Source: Armatimonadia bacterium
GTDB lineage: Bacteria > Armatimonadota > Zipacnadia > Zipacnadales > UBA11051
Reading direction: 5' to 3'
DNA: 19,541 bases
Assembly: GCA_039683575.1 (NCBI GenBank)
Contig: JBDKRC010000094.1
Location: 1-19,541, forward strand
Under the pieces are notes generated by a model that was not told the DNA's origin, made no database searches, and was given only the letters and a program-made list of their open reading frames with translations. This document shows, piece by piece, positions 9,088 through 17,217 of this stretch. Position 1 is the stretch's first letter. Each line of letters starts with the position of its first letter. Made by a program: the position numbers and the translations under genes.

Positions 9088-9261
9088 GGGTGAGGCAGGG
9101 GTCAGGTTTCAGGGATCAGGGTTCAGGAAAGGCAACGGCGGGGGAACGGCAACGGCAACGGCCATAGGAGGCGAGGAGGAGGACGGGTGGGGGGCGTCTA
9201 ACTGGTTAGGGGGACGTGAGAGGGGACAGGGGGAGATTGCGGCGCTTGTGAGGTGAGCATT

Positions 9262-10113
9262 GTGAGCGATATGACACGGCGACCGGCGGTGGCCGGGCAG
9301 TTCTATGAGGGGTCGCGGGAAAGGCTTCTGGCCGAGATCGAGGATGTTTATACGGACTCGCACGGACCGGGGGAAATGCCTGCTGTGGCTGAGGATGGGC
9401 CGCGACGGCTCCTCGGGCTGGTTTGCCCGCACGCGGGGTATATCTACTCCGGCCCCATCGCCGCCTATGCGTACGCCGAGTTGGCGCGGGATGGGCGGCC
9501 GGAGGCGTTTGTGATCATCGGCCCTAACCATGGCAGAGGGAGCTGGACATCGGCGGTGCAGACGGCGGGCGGGTGGCTGACGCCGCTGGGTGAGGCCTTG
9601 GTGCATGAGGAACTGGCGGGGGCGATTGCGGCGGAGTTGCCGGGCTTTTCGACCGGGGCGGAGGCGTTTCGGGCTGAGCACAGTATTGAGGTGCAGTTGC
9701 CGTTCCTGCAGCACCTGTATGGTGGCGGCGTGAAGTTCGTGCCGGTCATGATGCTGGAGCAGGAGGCGGCAGCGGCGCGGGAGGTGGGTATGGCATTGGG
9801 GAAGGCGTTGGCCGGGCGCAACGTGGTCATCATCGCCAGCACAGACATGACGCACCAGATGCCGCGACAGGTGGCTACGGCGCAGGATGGGCTGCTGGCG
9901 GAGAAGATCGTGGCCATGGATGCGGAGGGATTACTCGTTGAGAGAGACAAGCGGGACATCACGATGTGCGGGTATGGGGCGACGGCGGCGATGTTGATTG
10001 CGGCGCAGATGCTGGGGGCGACGGAGGCGAGGCTGCTGCGGTATGGGGATTCGGGGGAGGTGGCGGTGATGCCTACGGTGGTGGGGTACCTGGCGGCGGC
10101 GGTTTATCGGTGA
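9262..10113 (+). CDS. amrB: AmmeMemoRadiSam system protein B (MEMO1 family)
   Basis: RRPAVAGQFY, PHAGYIYSG, IIGPNHG, EHSIEVQLPFLQ, IASTDMTH, TMCG, VVGY. GTG at 9262 follows GAGGTGA. Alternative starts are 9253 and 9271. Confidence 0.92.
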   Translation: MSDMTRRPAVAGQFYEGSRERLLAEIEDVYTDSHGPGEMPAVAEDGPRRLLGLVCPHAGYIYSGPIAAYAYAELARDGRPEAFVIIGPNHGRGSWTSAVQTAGGWLTPLGEALVHEELAGAIAAELPGFSTGAEAFRAEHSIEVQLPFLQHLYGGGVKFVPVMMLEQEAAAAREVGMALGKALAGRNVVIIASTDMTHQMPRQVATAQDGLLAEKIVAMDAEGLLVERDKRDITMCGYGATAAMLIAAQMLGATEARLLRYGDSGEVAVMPTVVGYLAAAVYR

Positions 10114-10175
10114 GGAGGCGGGAACGGGTACGGCGGGAACGCGGGAACAACGGCGGGGGTGTGGCTGCCGTGTGT

Positions 10176-10307
10176 TGTCATCCTGTGCAACGCGAAGGAT
10201 CTCCCGGGGCGGGGGGGGGATCCTTCGCTTTGCTCAGGATGACACGCCTGTTTGGGCTGCGAGAGGGGGCTGGGAAGAGATCCTTCGCTTTGCTCAGGAT
10301 GACACGC
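10176..10307. repeat. GTCATCCTGAG-type palindromic repeats (one inverted pair plus a direct copy) between convergent genes; possible terminator role
   Basis: tgtcatcctgtgcaacgcgaaggatc (10176-10201) is inverted to gatccttcgctttgctcaggatgaca. The 29-mer gatccttcgctttgctcaggatgacacgc is identical at 10219 and 10279. Confidence 0.85.
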
Positions 10308-10335
10308 TGGTCCGTATAGGCAGGCGGCTTCTCCC

Positions 10336-11019
10336 CTATCTTGCTCCCCTGGCTTTGAGGAGGGTGCCGACGGTGGCTCCGAGGAGGGCGAGGTCGAGGG
10401 TCAGGCAGCGGCGGTTGAGGTACTCCATGTCCTGCTGCAGCATGAACTGGCAGTCGGTGTCTTTGCGGCCATGAACCTGCCACATGCCGGTCATGCCGGG
10501 GCGGGCGGCGAGGCGCTGCAGGCCCCGGGGGTCGGGGATCGGGCGGGAGATGGGGCGCGGGCCGACGAGGCTCATTTCGCCGCGCAGGACGTTGATGAAC
10601 TGTGGCGTCTCGTCGAGACTGGTAGCGCGCAGGAAGCGGCCGATGCGCGTGACCCGCGGATCGTCCTTGACGCGGATCAGAGAGTTGTCGGGCTCGGGGT
10701 TCTGGGCCAAAATCTGGTCTAGCTGGTCTTCGGCGTCCTGCCGCATGGTGCGGAACTTGAGGATGCCGAACGGGATGCCCCACTGGCCCGGGCGCTTCTG
10801 GCGGAAGATGATGGGACCGGGTGAGTCCCACCTGACTGCAAGCGCAATCAGACCCCACAGCGGCGCGCACAGCACGATGCCGCACAGAGAGCCCACAACA
10901 TCAACCATGCCCTTGACGGCCAGGTAGAGTCGCAGATTGAAGCTGAGTTCAGTTGAGCCTATGAACGGTGGGCGCGTGCCAAAGATGGCCGGCCTGCCGT
11001 TGATTGCTGTTATACCCAC
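10336..11019 (-). CDS. Bacterial sugar transferase (priming polyprenyl glycosylphosphotransferase, Bac_transf family)
   Basis: KGMVD...TM...DSPGPIIFRQKRPG, KFRTM, DDPRVTRIGRFLRATSLDETPQFINVLRGEMSLVGPRP, PGMTGMWQV. GTG at 11019 follows GGAGGT (alternative start 11037). Confidence 0.93.
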   Translation of the reverse strand: MGITAINGRPAIFGTRPPFIGSTELSFNLRLYLAVKGMVDVVGSLCGIVLCAPLWGLIALAVRWDSPGPIIFRQKRPGQWGIPFGILKFRTMRQDAEDQLDQILAQNPEPDNSLIRVKDDPRVTRIGRFLRATSLDETPQFINVLRGEMSLVGPRPISRPIPDPRGLQRLAARPGMTGMWQVHGRKDTDCQFMLQQDMEYLNRRCLTLDLALLGATVGTLLKARGAR

Positions 11020-11063
11020 CTGATTCCACCTCCCCACTCACCACAGCATACGCCACACAGACT

Positions 11064-11188
11064 GGGCGGAGGCTCGTACCCTGCCGCCCCCCGGTGGGGG
11101 CGCGCTGCCGAAGCAGACGAGACGCCCGCACTACGCGATGTAGGGTGGCCGTAGATAACGACCGGCGGGGTACGAGCCCCCGCCCTAC
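11064..11188. repeat. Inverted pair of family C REP-like elements (REPIN-like doublet) enclosing another GTAG-type palindrome
   Basis: gggcggaggctcgtaccctgccg (11064-11086) faces cggcggggtacgagcccccgccctac (11163-11188). gcagacgagacgcccgcactac lies between them. Confidence 0.75.
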
Positions 11189-11210
11189 AGCCGTCACGAC
11201 CCACAGGTAC

Positions 11211-12341
11211 TCAGGCGCTTTGCGAGACTAGCCGCAGGCGCCTGCCGTGCAGCAGCAAATTCGAGTACAACTCCTCAAAGCGGTCAGTCGTGAGGTCCCA
11301 GTTACGCTCGCGGCGGATGTAGCTGCGGGCGCGGTCGAACTGCGAGGCGACGAGCGACGGGTTGTCCAGCAGGTATTCCAGGCGCTCCCGAAGGGCCGCG
11401 GCGTCTTTGGTGGCGAAGGTGTAGCCGCAGCGTCCGAGAGCCTCGAGGTTCTGCGGGATGTCACTGGCGAGCACGCAGGTTCCGTAGCTGAGAGCCTCCA
11501 ACACCGAGATCGGCAAGCCCTCGCTCTCGGAGGGCTGCACGTACACGTAGGCATTTGAGTATAGTTCGGCAAGCAGGCGGCCCCTGACGTAGCCGGCGAA
11601 GAGGACGTTGTCCCCGGCGCGTTCCTGCAGGCTGCAGACGTAGGGATCCTCATAGGGGCAGTTGCCCGCGATGACGAGCATCTTGTCGGTTTTGAGGTCG
11701 CTGAAGGCGTCCACGAGATAGTGGACGCCTTTTTCTTTGACCAAACGGGAGGCGCAGAAGAAATACTCTTTCGGCGCGAGGCCGAGAGTAGCAAGCTCCT
11801 GGGCCGGGACCGGGTCCTGGAAGTTGACGCCGGTTGGGATGAAGGTGGCGTCACAGCCGAGGCGGCCGCGGCACTCTTCCTTGACCCAGTGTGAAACGGC
11901 GGTAACGCTGTCGGCGGAGCGGATGCCGAAGCGGGCGGCCGCGTGCATCATCTTCGCGGCGACGGGGCCCCATTTGCTGCCGGTCCAGTCGAGACCGTGG
12001 AGGGTGATCACGCTGTAGCCGTGCGGCAGCAGGCGGATCAGCGGGGCGATCATCCCCGGAGCGGCGCCATGGATGTGGAAGACGTCATAGTCGCTGCGCA
12101 TGGCATGGAAGGCCGAGGTCAGCGTGTGCGTCGTGGCATCGAGATGCTTGCCACGCAGACCCCGAGTGATGAGACGCCTCATGCCACGGTAGTCGCCCGC
12201 GTCGCCCTCGAGGAAGTGGGGGCGGCAGTAGACGGTGACCTCGTGGCCGCGGGCGGCCAGGCGCGAGCCGACCTCCTCGATATAGTGGGCGATGCCACCG
12301 ATGGCGGGAACAGATTTGGCGCCCAACATGGCGATTTTCAT
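11211..12341 (-). CDS. Glycosyltransferase family 4 (GT-B)
   Basis: MKIAMLG...GGI, GHEVTVYCR, TLHGLDW, SRLVKEKG, QPSESEGLPISVLEALSYG (EX7E motif), SDIP. Confidence 0.93.
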   Translation of the reverse strand: MKIAMLGAKSVPAIGGIAHYIEEVGSRLAARGHEVTVYCRPHFLEGDAGDYRGMRRLITRGLRGKHLDATTHTLTSAFHAMRSDYDVFHIHGAAPGMIAPLIRLLPHGYSVITLHGLDWTGSKWGPVAAKMMHAAARFGIRSADSVTAVSHWVKEECRGRLGCDATFIPTGVNFQDPVPAQELATLGLAPKEYFFCASRLVKEKGVHYLVDAFSDLKTDKMLVIAGNCPYEDPYVCSLQERAGDNVLFAGYVRGRLLAELYSNAYVYVQPSESEGLPISVLEALSYGTCVLASDIPQNLEALGRCGYTFATKDAAALRERLEYLLDNPSLVASQFDRARSYIRRERNWDLTTDRFEELYSNLLLHGRRLRLVSQSA

Positions 12342-12369
12342 TGGTCAGGGTTGCCTATGACGTTTGTTA

Positions 12370-12410
12370 TCGGTGATAACGGCCGGCGGGGTACGAGCCC
12401 CCTGCGACGC
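12370..12410 (-). repeat. Truncated family C REP-like element carrying the start of the nested hairpin
   Basis: cggtgataacggccggcggggtacgagccccctgcgacgc differs by 2 nt from 18929-18968. Confidence 0.8.
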
Positions 12411-12413
12411 CTC

Positions 12414-13508
12414 CTAGCCTACGCTGCGGGCGGACAGGCGGTGGAGACGGTGCAGTTCGGCCGCGTCCTTTTCCTCGTGGCCGCCGGTGGCTTCCTGAAC
12501 CGGATGAATCCTGCGGAAATTGAAGCCATGGGCCAGGAAGGCGTTGCGGGCGCGCTGGAACTGCCGATCGTCTTCGTAGAAGCCGACGATGGCACCGCCG
12601 GAGCCTGGGAACTTGGCCGGGAGGCCCAGTGACCTCGCGAGTTCGATCATTTCAAGGTTCTTGGCGCCGATCCACTCGTCGCCGTAGAGCTTGCGGCGCA
12701 GGTCGAAGTTGGCGTTCATGAGACTGCCAAGCGTGTCGTAGTCACGAGCGGCGAGGGCTTCGTACGCCTGATCGGTGTATTCGGCAAAGCGCTTCATGCC
12801 CGTGACGACCTCGGGGTCGCCGCTATGGAAGCGGGCGGCGACGAGGCTGTGAATCTTGCCAGAGTCGGAGGGCTCGTCGAGATAGCCAAGGTACAGCGGC
12901 GGAAGGAGGCTCATGTCCATCGGCTCGTAGTAGCCATGGCCGTCGCGCTCCAGAAGGTCCTTGCTGAAGTCCATGTAGACCATGCCGCCGTAGGTTTGCA
13001 CCACACGATCCTGCAGCCCCGCCTGGATGTGCAGTTCATTCGTTTCGACCTCCAGCGCCAGAGTCGGCTGCAGGGGGCGCGGCAGTACCCTTTCGTCGAC
13101 CTCCAGCAGGCGCATGAGAGCCTGGAGCGTGGCGACGGTGATGGCGCTGGAGCCGGCTAGGCCGACCTGGCGCGGGATATTGATGTCATACTCCAGTGTG
13201 AACTTGCGGTTCGGCAGCCGTGCGTGCTTCTGCGCGCAGTACTCGTGGAAGCGTTTGCAGGTTGCGTACAGCAGGCGCATGCCTCCGTAATAGCCGTCGA
13301 GGGAGGCCGTGTAGACGAGGTCCTGCAGGTCTTTGAAGCAGAACGGGTCGAACTTCGGGTGAGGGATAATCTCGATCTGAGGGCTCTCCCAGGCGGTTAC
13401 GGAGGCGGTGAAGTCATCGATGAGAACTGCGATGGTCTTGCCGCCGAAACCGTCTGAGGGATTGCCAATCAGCCCAACGCGAGCACCAACGTGCTGATGG
13501 AAAACCAT
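12414..13508 (-). CDS. GHMP-family sugar kinase, glucuronokinase-like
   Basis: ARVGLIGNPSD, IPRQVGLAGSSA (GHMP ATP loop), AGLQDRVVQTYGGMVYMDF, NFDLRR, AKFPGSGGA. These match plant glucuronokinase motifs as I recall them. Confidence 0.8.
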   Translation of the reverse strand: MVFHQHVGARVGLIGNPSDGFGGKTIAVLIDDFTASVTAWESPQIEIIPHPKFDPFCFKDLQDLVYTASLDGYYGGMRLLYATCKRFHEYCAQKHARLPNRKFTLEYDINIPRQVGLAGSSAITVATLQALMRLLEVDERVLPRPLQPTLALEVETNELHIQAGLQDRVVQTYGGMVYMDFSKDLLERDGHGYYEPMDMSLLPPLYLGYLDEPSDSGKIHSLVAARFHSGDPEVVTGMKRFAEYTDQAYEALAARDYDTLGSLMNANFDLRRKLYGDEWIGAKNLEMIELARSLGLPAKFPGSGGAIVGFYEDDRQFQRARNAFLAHGFNFRRIHPVQEATGGHEEKDAAELHRLHRLSARSVG

Positions 13509-13817
13509 AGAAACACCACCCCGACACCAGGTCTAGTACGGCTGCATCGCGTCTCTCCCGGTTGTTGGAAATACACATGCCGCACTCGCCGATTTTCCGG
13601 TTGCTGCGTGAGTTAGCTTACACGGTAGAAGAGAAAGAAGGAATCGGGTGGGACCTGATAATGCGGTCAGTGGTGACCTAAGGAAGGAGCGCGGTCTCCT
13701 GAGAGACGGGGCGGTAAAGGACGACTTTCCGAGGGGAAATGGAATGATTCAAAGGATGTTCTTCTACATCTTCCGGCGGTGGCAGAGTCGAGGGGAGGTG
13801 TCGGCTGGCGCAGGTCC

Positions 13818-13896
13818 GCCCGGCTGGAAGCCGGGCTCTGTTGGCGGAATCTCGCGGCTGGAAGCCGCTTGTACGACAAGGATGTATCCGCACCAC
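13818..13896. repeat. REP-like palindromes with a cggctggaagccg core
   Basis: gcccggc-tggaa-gccgggc (13818-13836) and gcggc-tggaa-gccgc (13854-13868), followed by acaaggatgtatccgcaccac. Confidence 0.65.
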
Positions 13897-13952
13897 TTGC
13901 TATCAACTACAGCTTCGCATTGAATGGGATCCGGCGGCTCGGAGGGCGTGGC

Positions 13953-14810
13953 TCAGCGTTGGTCGCGGCGGCAGAAGTTGTTGGTGCCGCAGGAGGTGTT
14001 CCACATGGGACGGGAGTGGATGGCGTCGTAGGGGCACTTCTCGCACTCCAGGCAGCCTATGCAGGCGTGGCCGTTGAGATCGCGGCGGGGGTCGATGCCC
14101 TGGGGGCAGATCTTGATGCAGTACATGCAGTCAGTGCACTTGGAGCGCTCGTAGTCTATGCGCCAGGCGCTGTAGCGGTGGAAGAGGGAGAAGATGGCGC
14201 CGAGGGGGCAGATCACGTTGCAGAAGGGGCGGCGGTAGAAGACGGCCCAGGTGAGGATGATGATCATGAGCGAGATCTTCAGGTACCACAACCAGCCGAT
14301 CTCCGCGCGTAGCTCGGGGTGCAGGAGGGGCTGGGGGATGGCCCCCTCGATGGCGCCCATGGGGCAGAGTTTGGAGAACCAGGCCTCAGAGGTCAGGAAC
14401 GGGATGATGAAGACGAGAACGGCAAGGACGAGATAGCGGATGTACCAACTCCAGCGGGGGGGCCGGCGGATGGCGCGGCGGCCGAGCAGTTCCTGAAACC
14501 AGCCGAAGGGGCAGAGCCAGCCGCACATCATGCGTCCGAAGAGGGCTGAGAAGAAGAGCAGCGTGCCGAGGACGTAGAGCGGGATGACAGCCCACCAGGA
14601 GGAGCCGCCCGCGAGGCCGAGGCGTGCGGCGCCGGCAGAGTTTTGCAGGGCGCCTATGGGGCAAGCGAAGTTGGCGCTGGGGCAGGCCCAGCAATTGAGG
14701 ACGGGGTAGCAGAAACCCTTAAAGCGGCTGAGGAAGAGGGAGTTGGCGAAGACGAAGGAGACGAGCTGGACATACCAGCGGCTATAGAGCCAGCGAGGGG
14801 GTCGGTACAT
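13953..14810 (-). CDS. Membrane 4Fe-4S binding protein (NapH/MauN-like polyferredoxin)
   Basis: CYPVLNCWACP, CPIG, GRMMCGWLCPFGWFQE, RPFCNVICPLGA, CTDCMYCIKICP, CIGCLECEKCP, and several TM segments. Confidence 0.92.
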   Translation of the reverse strand: MYRPPRWLYSRWYVQLVSFVFANSLFLSRFKGFCYPVLNCWACPSANFACPIGALQNSAGAARLGLAGGSSWWAVIPLYVLGTLLFFSALFGRMMCGWLCPFGWFQELLGRRAIRRPPRWSWYIRYLVLAVLVFIIPFLTSEAWFSKLCPMGAIEGAIPQPLLHPELRAEIGWLWYLKISLMIIILTWAVFYRRPFCNVICPLGAIFSLFHRYSAWRIDYERSKCTDCMYCIKICPQGIDPRRDLNGHACIGCLECEKCPYDAIHSRPMWNTSCGTNNFCRRDQR

Positions 14811-14816
14811 GCGGCG

Positions 14817-14957
14817 TCACCGGCCCAATCCGATGCAGGAGGTGCAGAGGGTGTGGGCCCACTGGGTGACTATGGCGAATTCGCCGCGGGAGACGCCGAT
14901 GGTGGTGATGGCGAGAGCCAGAAGAAAGGCGGGAATCCAGAGGTGTCGCGCTACCAG
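14817..14957 (-). CDS. Small membrane CXXC protein (CD1871A-like); probable CTG start
   Basis: Hydrophobic helix followed by RGEFAIVTQWAHTLCTSCIGLG, directly upstream of the polyferredoxin gene, the usual context as I recall it. Start uncertain: CTG at 14957 lies 9 nt after GGAG. Confidence 0.7.
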   Translation of the reverse strand: MVARHLWIPAFLLALAITTIGVSRGEFAIVTQWAHTLCTSCIGLGR

Positions 14958-14988
14958 CTTTCGCCGCTCCGCAGACCGCTTCGTGCCT

Positions 14989-15777
14989 TCAGAAAGCTGA
15001 GAGATATTCGAGGTCCTTCCTGAGCGACTGCTCTTTGTTATCCCCCTCCTCGGCGGCGAACTCGACAGCGACATGGCCGGCGTAACCGTTAGCCTTCAGC
15101 CGTCCGAGGAGCGAGGGGTAGTCAACGAAGCCATCGGCGATCTGGACACGCTTGTACTGCCCGTCGCCGTTGCCTTTGACGAAGTTCTGGCAGTGCATGT
15201 GCACCACGTAAGGCAATACTTCCTCCAGGCGCTGCAGCTGGTCTTCCTGGTCGTAGTTGCCGACCTGGAAGTTCAGGCGGAAGTTGGGGCGATTGACCTC
15301 TTCGACGAGGCGCCGGGCGGTGGGGCCGGTGTCGGCGAGGGTGCCGTCGTGCATTTCGGCGGCGAAGACGACGTTCATCTTGGCAGCACGGTGGCAGGCT
15401 TGCTGGGCTTCTTCGATGACGCACTTCCAGACTTCGGGAGTGGCCTTGGACGAGCCGACGTCGGAGGCCCAGACGCGGACGATGGGCGTGCGGAGGCCGT
15501 GGGCGTTGTGGAGAGTGTCAACGAGGGTGACGTTGTCGTCCTTGTGCTGGGTCTTGCCGAAGTAGAGGTAGGAGCCGAAGACAGGGAGCTTCAGACCGCG
15601 CTCCTCGGCTGCCGCGCGAATGCCGCGGATGCGCGATTCATCGTACTCCTCGGGCACGTGAGGCTCGCGGCCCCATAGCTCGACAGCCTGGAACTGCACG
15701 CGCTGGGCGGCAGCAAGGGCGACCTCGAGGAGCTTCTCGCGATAGCTGATGGTGCAAAGACAGACTTTCATGGTCAC
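14989..15777 (-). CDS. Sugar phosphate isomerase/epimerase (xylose isomerase-like / AP endonuclease 2 TIM barrel)
   Basis: FQAVELW, AAEMHDGT, RLNFQ, VVHMHCQN, GFVDY, GYAGHVAVEF. GTGA overlap with the upstream stop (alternative ATG at 15771). Confidence 0.85.
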   Translation of the reverse strand: MTMKVCLCTISYREKLLEVALAAAQRVQFQAVELWGREPHVPEEYDESRIRGIRAAAEERGLKLPVFGSYLYFGKTQHKDDNVTLVDTLHNAHGLRTPIVRVWASDVGSSKATPEVWKCVIEEAQQACHRAAKMNVVFAAEMHDGTLADTGPTARRLVEEVNRPNFRLNFQVGNYDQEDQLQRLEEVLPYVVHMHCQNFVKGNGDGQYKRVQIADGFVDYPSLLGRLKANGYAGHVAVEFAAEEGDNKEQSLRKDLEYLSAF

Positions 15778-16829
15778 TCTATTCCCACAGGTTGTCCCAC
15801 GCGGGCTGACTCGAGAGCGGCGAGGAGGACTTTGGTGTTCTGGAGGCCATCTTCAGGCTTGATGAATGGTGCCTTGCCCTCGATGACGCAGTTGGCGAAA
15901 TAGAGAATGCTCTCCACGCCGAAGCCAGTGGGCTTGCCGTGGATGTCCATGACGACATTGGTATCGGGGAACATGACGCCGCGGGTGCTGCCGAAGGGGC
16001 GCAGTTCGTTATCGCTGTAGAACTCGACAGTATCGCTTTTGACGACGCTGAAGAGGGCCGTGCCCTCGGAGCCGACGAACTCGCACTTGAGGTCGCAGAC
16101 CGTGGGGAAGGCGTTCGACATGATCCAGCAGTTCTCGATATGGGCGACGCCACCACCCTTGAATTCGCAGATGGTGTGGAAGAAGTCGGGAGTGTCCAGG
16201 CCGCGCTCTTTGAGCACGCGGGAGCGCGAGATGGAGTAGACGCGCTCGACTTCGTCATCGAAGAGCCAGCGCACGAGGTCGAGGGTGTGGGAGCCGAGGA
16301 ACCACAGGACCGAGGAGTCTTTGCTCCAGCTGAGCATGCCCGTCGGGACGTAGATGGTGTCGTTGAGGCGAATGGACATCATCTGCGGCTGGCCCATCTT
16401 GCCGGCGACAATCTGGTTCTTGAGGGCCACAAACGCAGGGTTGAAGCGATTGTGGAAGTCCACCATGAGGGTGACTTTGTTGGCCTTGGCGGCGGCAATC
16501 ATGGCTTCACAGTCTGCGACCGTGGTGGCCATGGGCTTTTCGATGAGGATATGCTTGCCTGCTTCGGCAGCGGCGACGACGATTTCGCGGTGGAGGAAAT
16601 CCGGGGTGACGATCGAGACGGCCTTGATCTCGGGATTGGCGAGAAGCTCGTGGTAGTCGGTGGTGAAGGTCTCAGCACCGTACTGGGTGGCGCGCTCGCG
16701 GCCAAGCTTTTCGTTCTTATCACAGGCACAGACGAGGCGGATGTTGGGGGCGGAAGAGTATGCCAGGAGGTGAGTCTCACCCCAGACGCCAGTGCCGATA
16801 ACGCCAAACCCGACCTGCTCGCAGGACAT
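15774..16829 (-). CDS. Gfo/Idh/MocA family NAD(P)-dependent oxidoreductase
   Basis: GVIGTGVWG, IVTPDFLH, AGKHILIEKPMA, FHNRFNP, GSHTLDLVRWL. AGAGGT RBS. Confidence 0.95.
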   Translation of the reverse strand: MSCEQVGFGVIGTGVWGETHLLAYSSAPNIRLVCACDKNEKLGRERATQYGAETFTTDYHELLANPEIKAVSIVTPDFLHREIVVAAAEAGKHILIEKPMATTVADCEAMIAAAKANKVTLMVDFHNRFNPAFVALKNQIVAGKMGQPQMMSIRLNDTIYVPTGMLSWSKDSSVLWFLGSHTLDLVRWLFDDEVERVYSISRSRVLKERGLDTPDFFHTICEFKGGGVAHIENCWIMSNAFPTVCDLKCEFVGSEGTALFSVVKSDTVEFYSDNELRPFGSTRGVMFPDTNVVMDIHGKPTGFGVESILYFANCVIEGKAPFIKPEDGLQNTKVLLAALESARVGQPVGIE

Positions 16830-16904
16830 GATGCCGCACCTCTATGCTTCGCTTCGCCAAGCGTGACATTGGGCCGATCCAAGGCCACTGCGGGGCCAAT
16901 TTGG

Positions 16905-16934
16905 ATTATAAGCGATAGCAAGAGGGGGAGTCAA
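16905..16934 (-). promoter_or_regulatory. Sigma70-type promoter for the Gfo/Idh/MocA operon
   Basis: Minus strand TTGACT-18 bp-TATAAT, about 75 bp upstream of the ATG at 16829. Confidence 0.7.
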
Positions 16935-16976
16935 TTCTGGGGGAGGAGGGCAGAATGGAGACGGGGGCGGCGCCGG

Positions 16977-17157
16977 AATGGGGACAGACCCCAATTTCGC
17001 GCGAACCTCTGTGGCGGCGGGAGGGAAGGTTGCGAGATCAGGGTCAGTCTCCACCATGGGGGAGGGGGGTAGCGCCGCAATGGGGACAGACCCCAATTTC
17101 GCGCGGACCTCTGTGGCGGCGACAGGGAAGGTTGCGAAATCAGGGTCAGTCCCCATT
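16977..17157. repeat. Two tandem copies (period 102 bp) of a GGGGACAGACCCC-ended inverted-repeat element
   Basis: aatggggacagaccccaatttcgcgcg...ggttgcga(g/a)atcagggtcagtc(t/c)cc starts at 16977 and 17079. Confidence 0.88.
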
Positions 17158-17166
17158 GCTGGGGTA

Positions 17167-17208
17167 GTCGGTGATGACGGCGCGGGCCGGCTGAAGCTCG
17201 GCCCCTCC
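17167..17208 (-). repeat. REP-like family B
   Basis: gtcggtgatgacggcgcgggccggctgaagctcggcccctcc. Confidence 0.85.
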
Positions 17209-17217
17209 GGGAGAGGG

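Noticed and set aside
9100-9165. Short TCAGG and GGCAAC simple repeats (similar ones at 886-920 and 10118-10155)
   Set aside because: Degenerate low-complexity tracts with no evidence of function.
9262-10113. Complete AmmeMemoRadiSam locus
   Set aside because: Only the B component is here. Dispersal of amrA/amrS elsewhere in a genome is common.
10219-10307. Mini-CRISPR (29-bp repeat, 31-bp spacer)
   Set aside because: Only two copies plus an inverted third arm, which fits a dispersed GTCATCCTGAG-type palindrome family.
13509-13800. Riboswitch/ncRNA upstream of the kinase cluster
   Set aside because: Lower GC with small hairpins (ggtca-gtgg-tgacc, gtctc-ctga-gagac), but no motif or promoter I can recognise with confidence.
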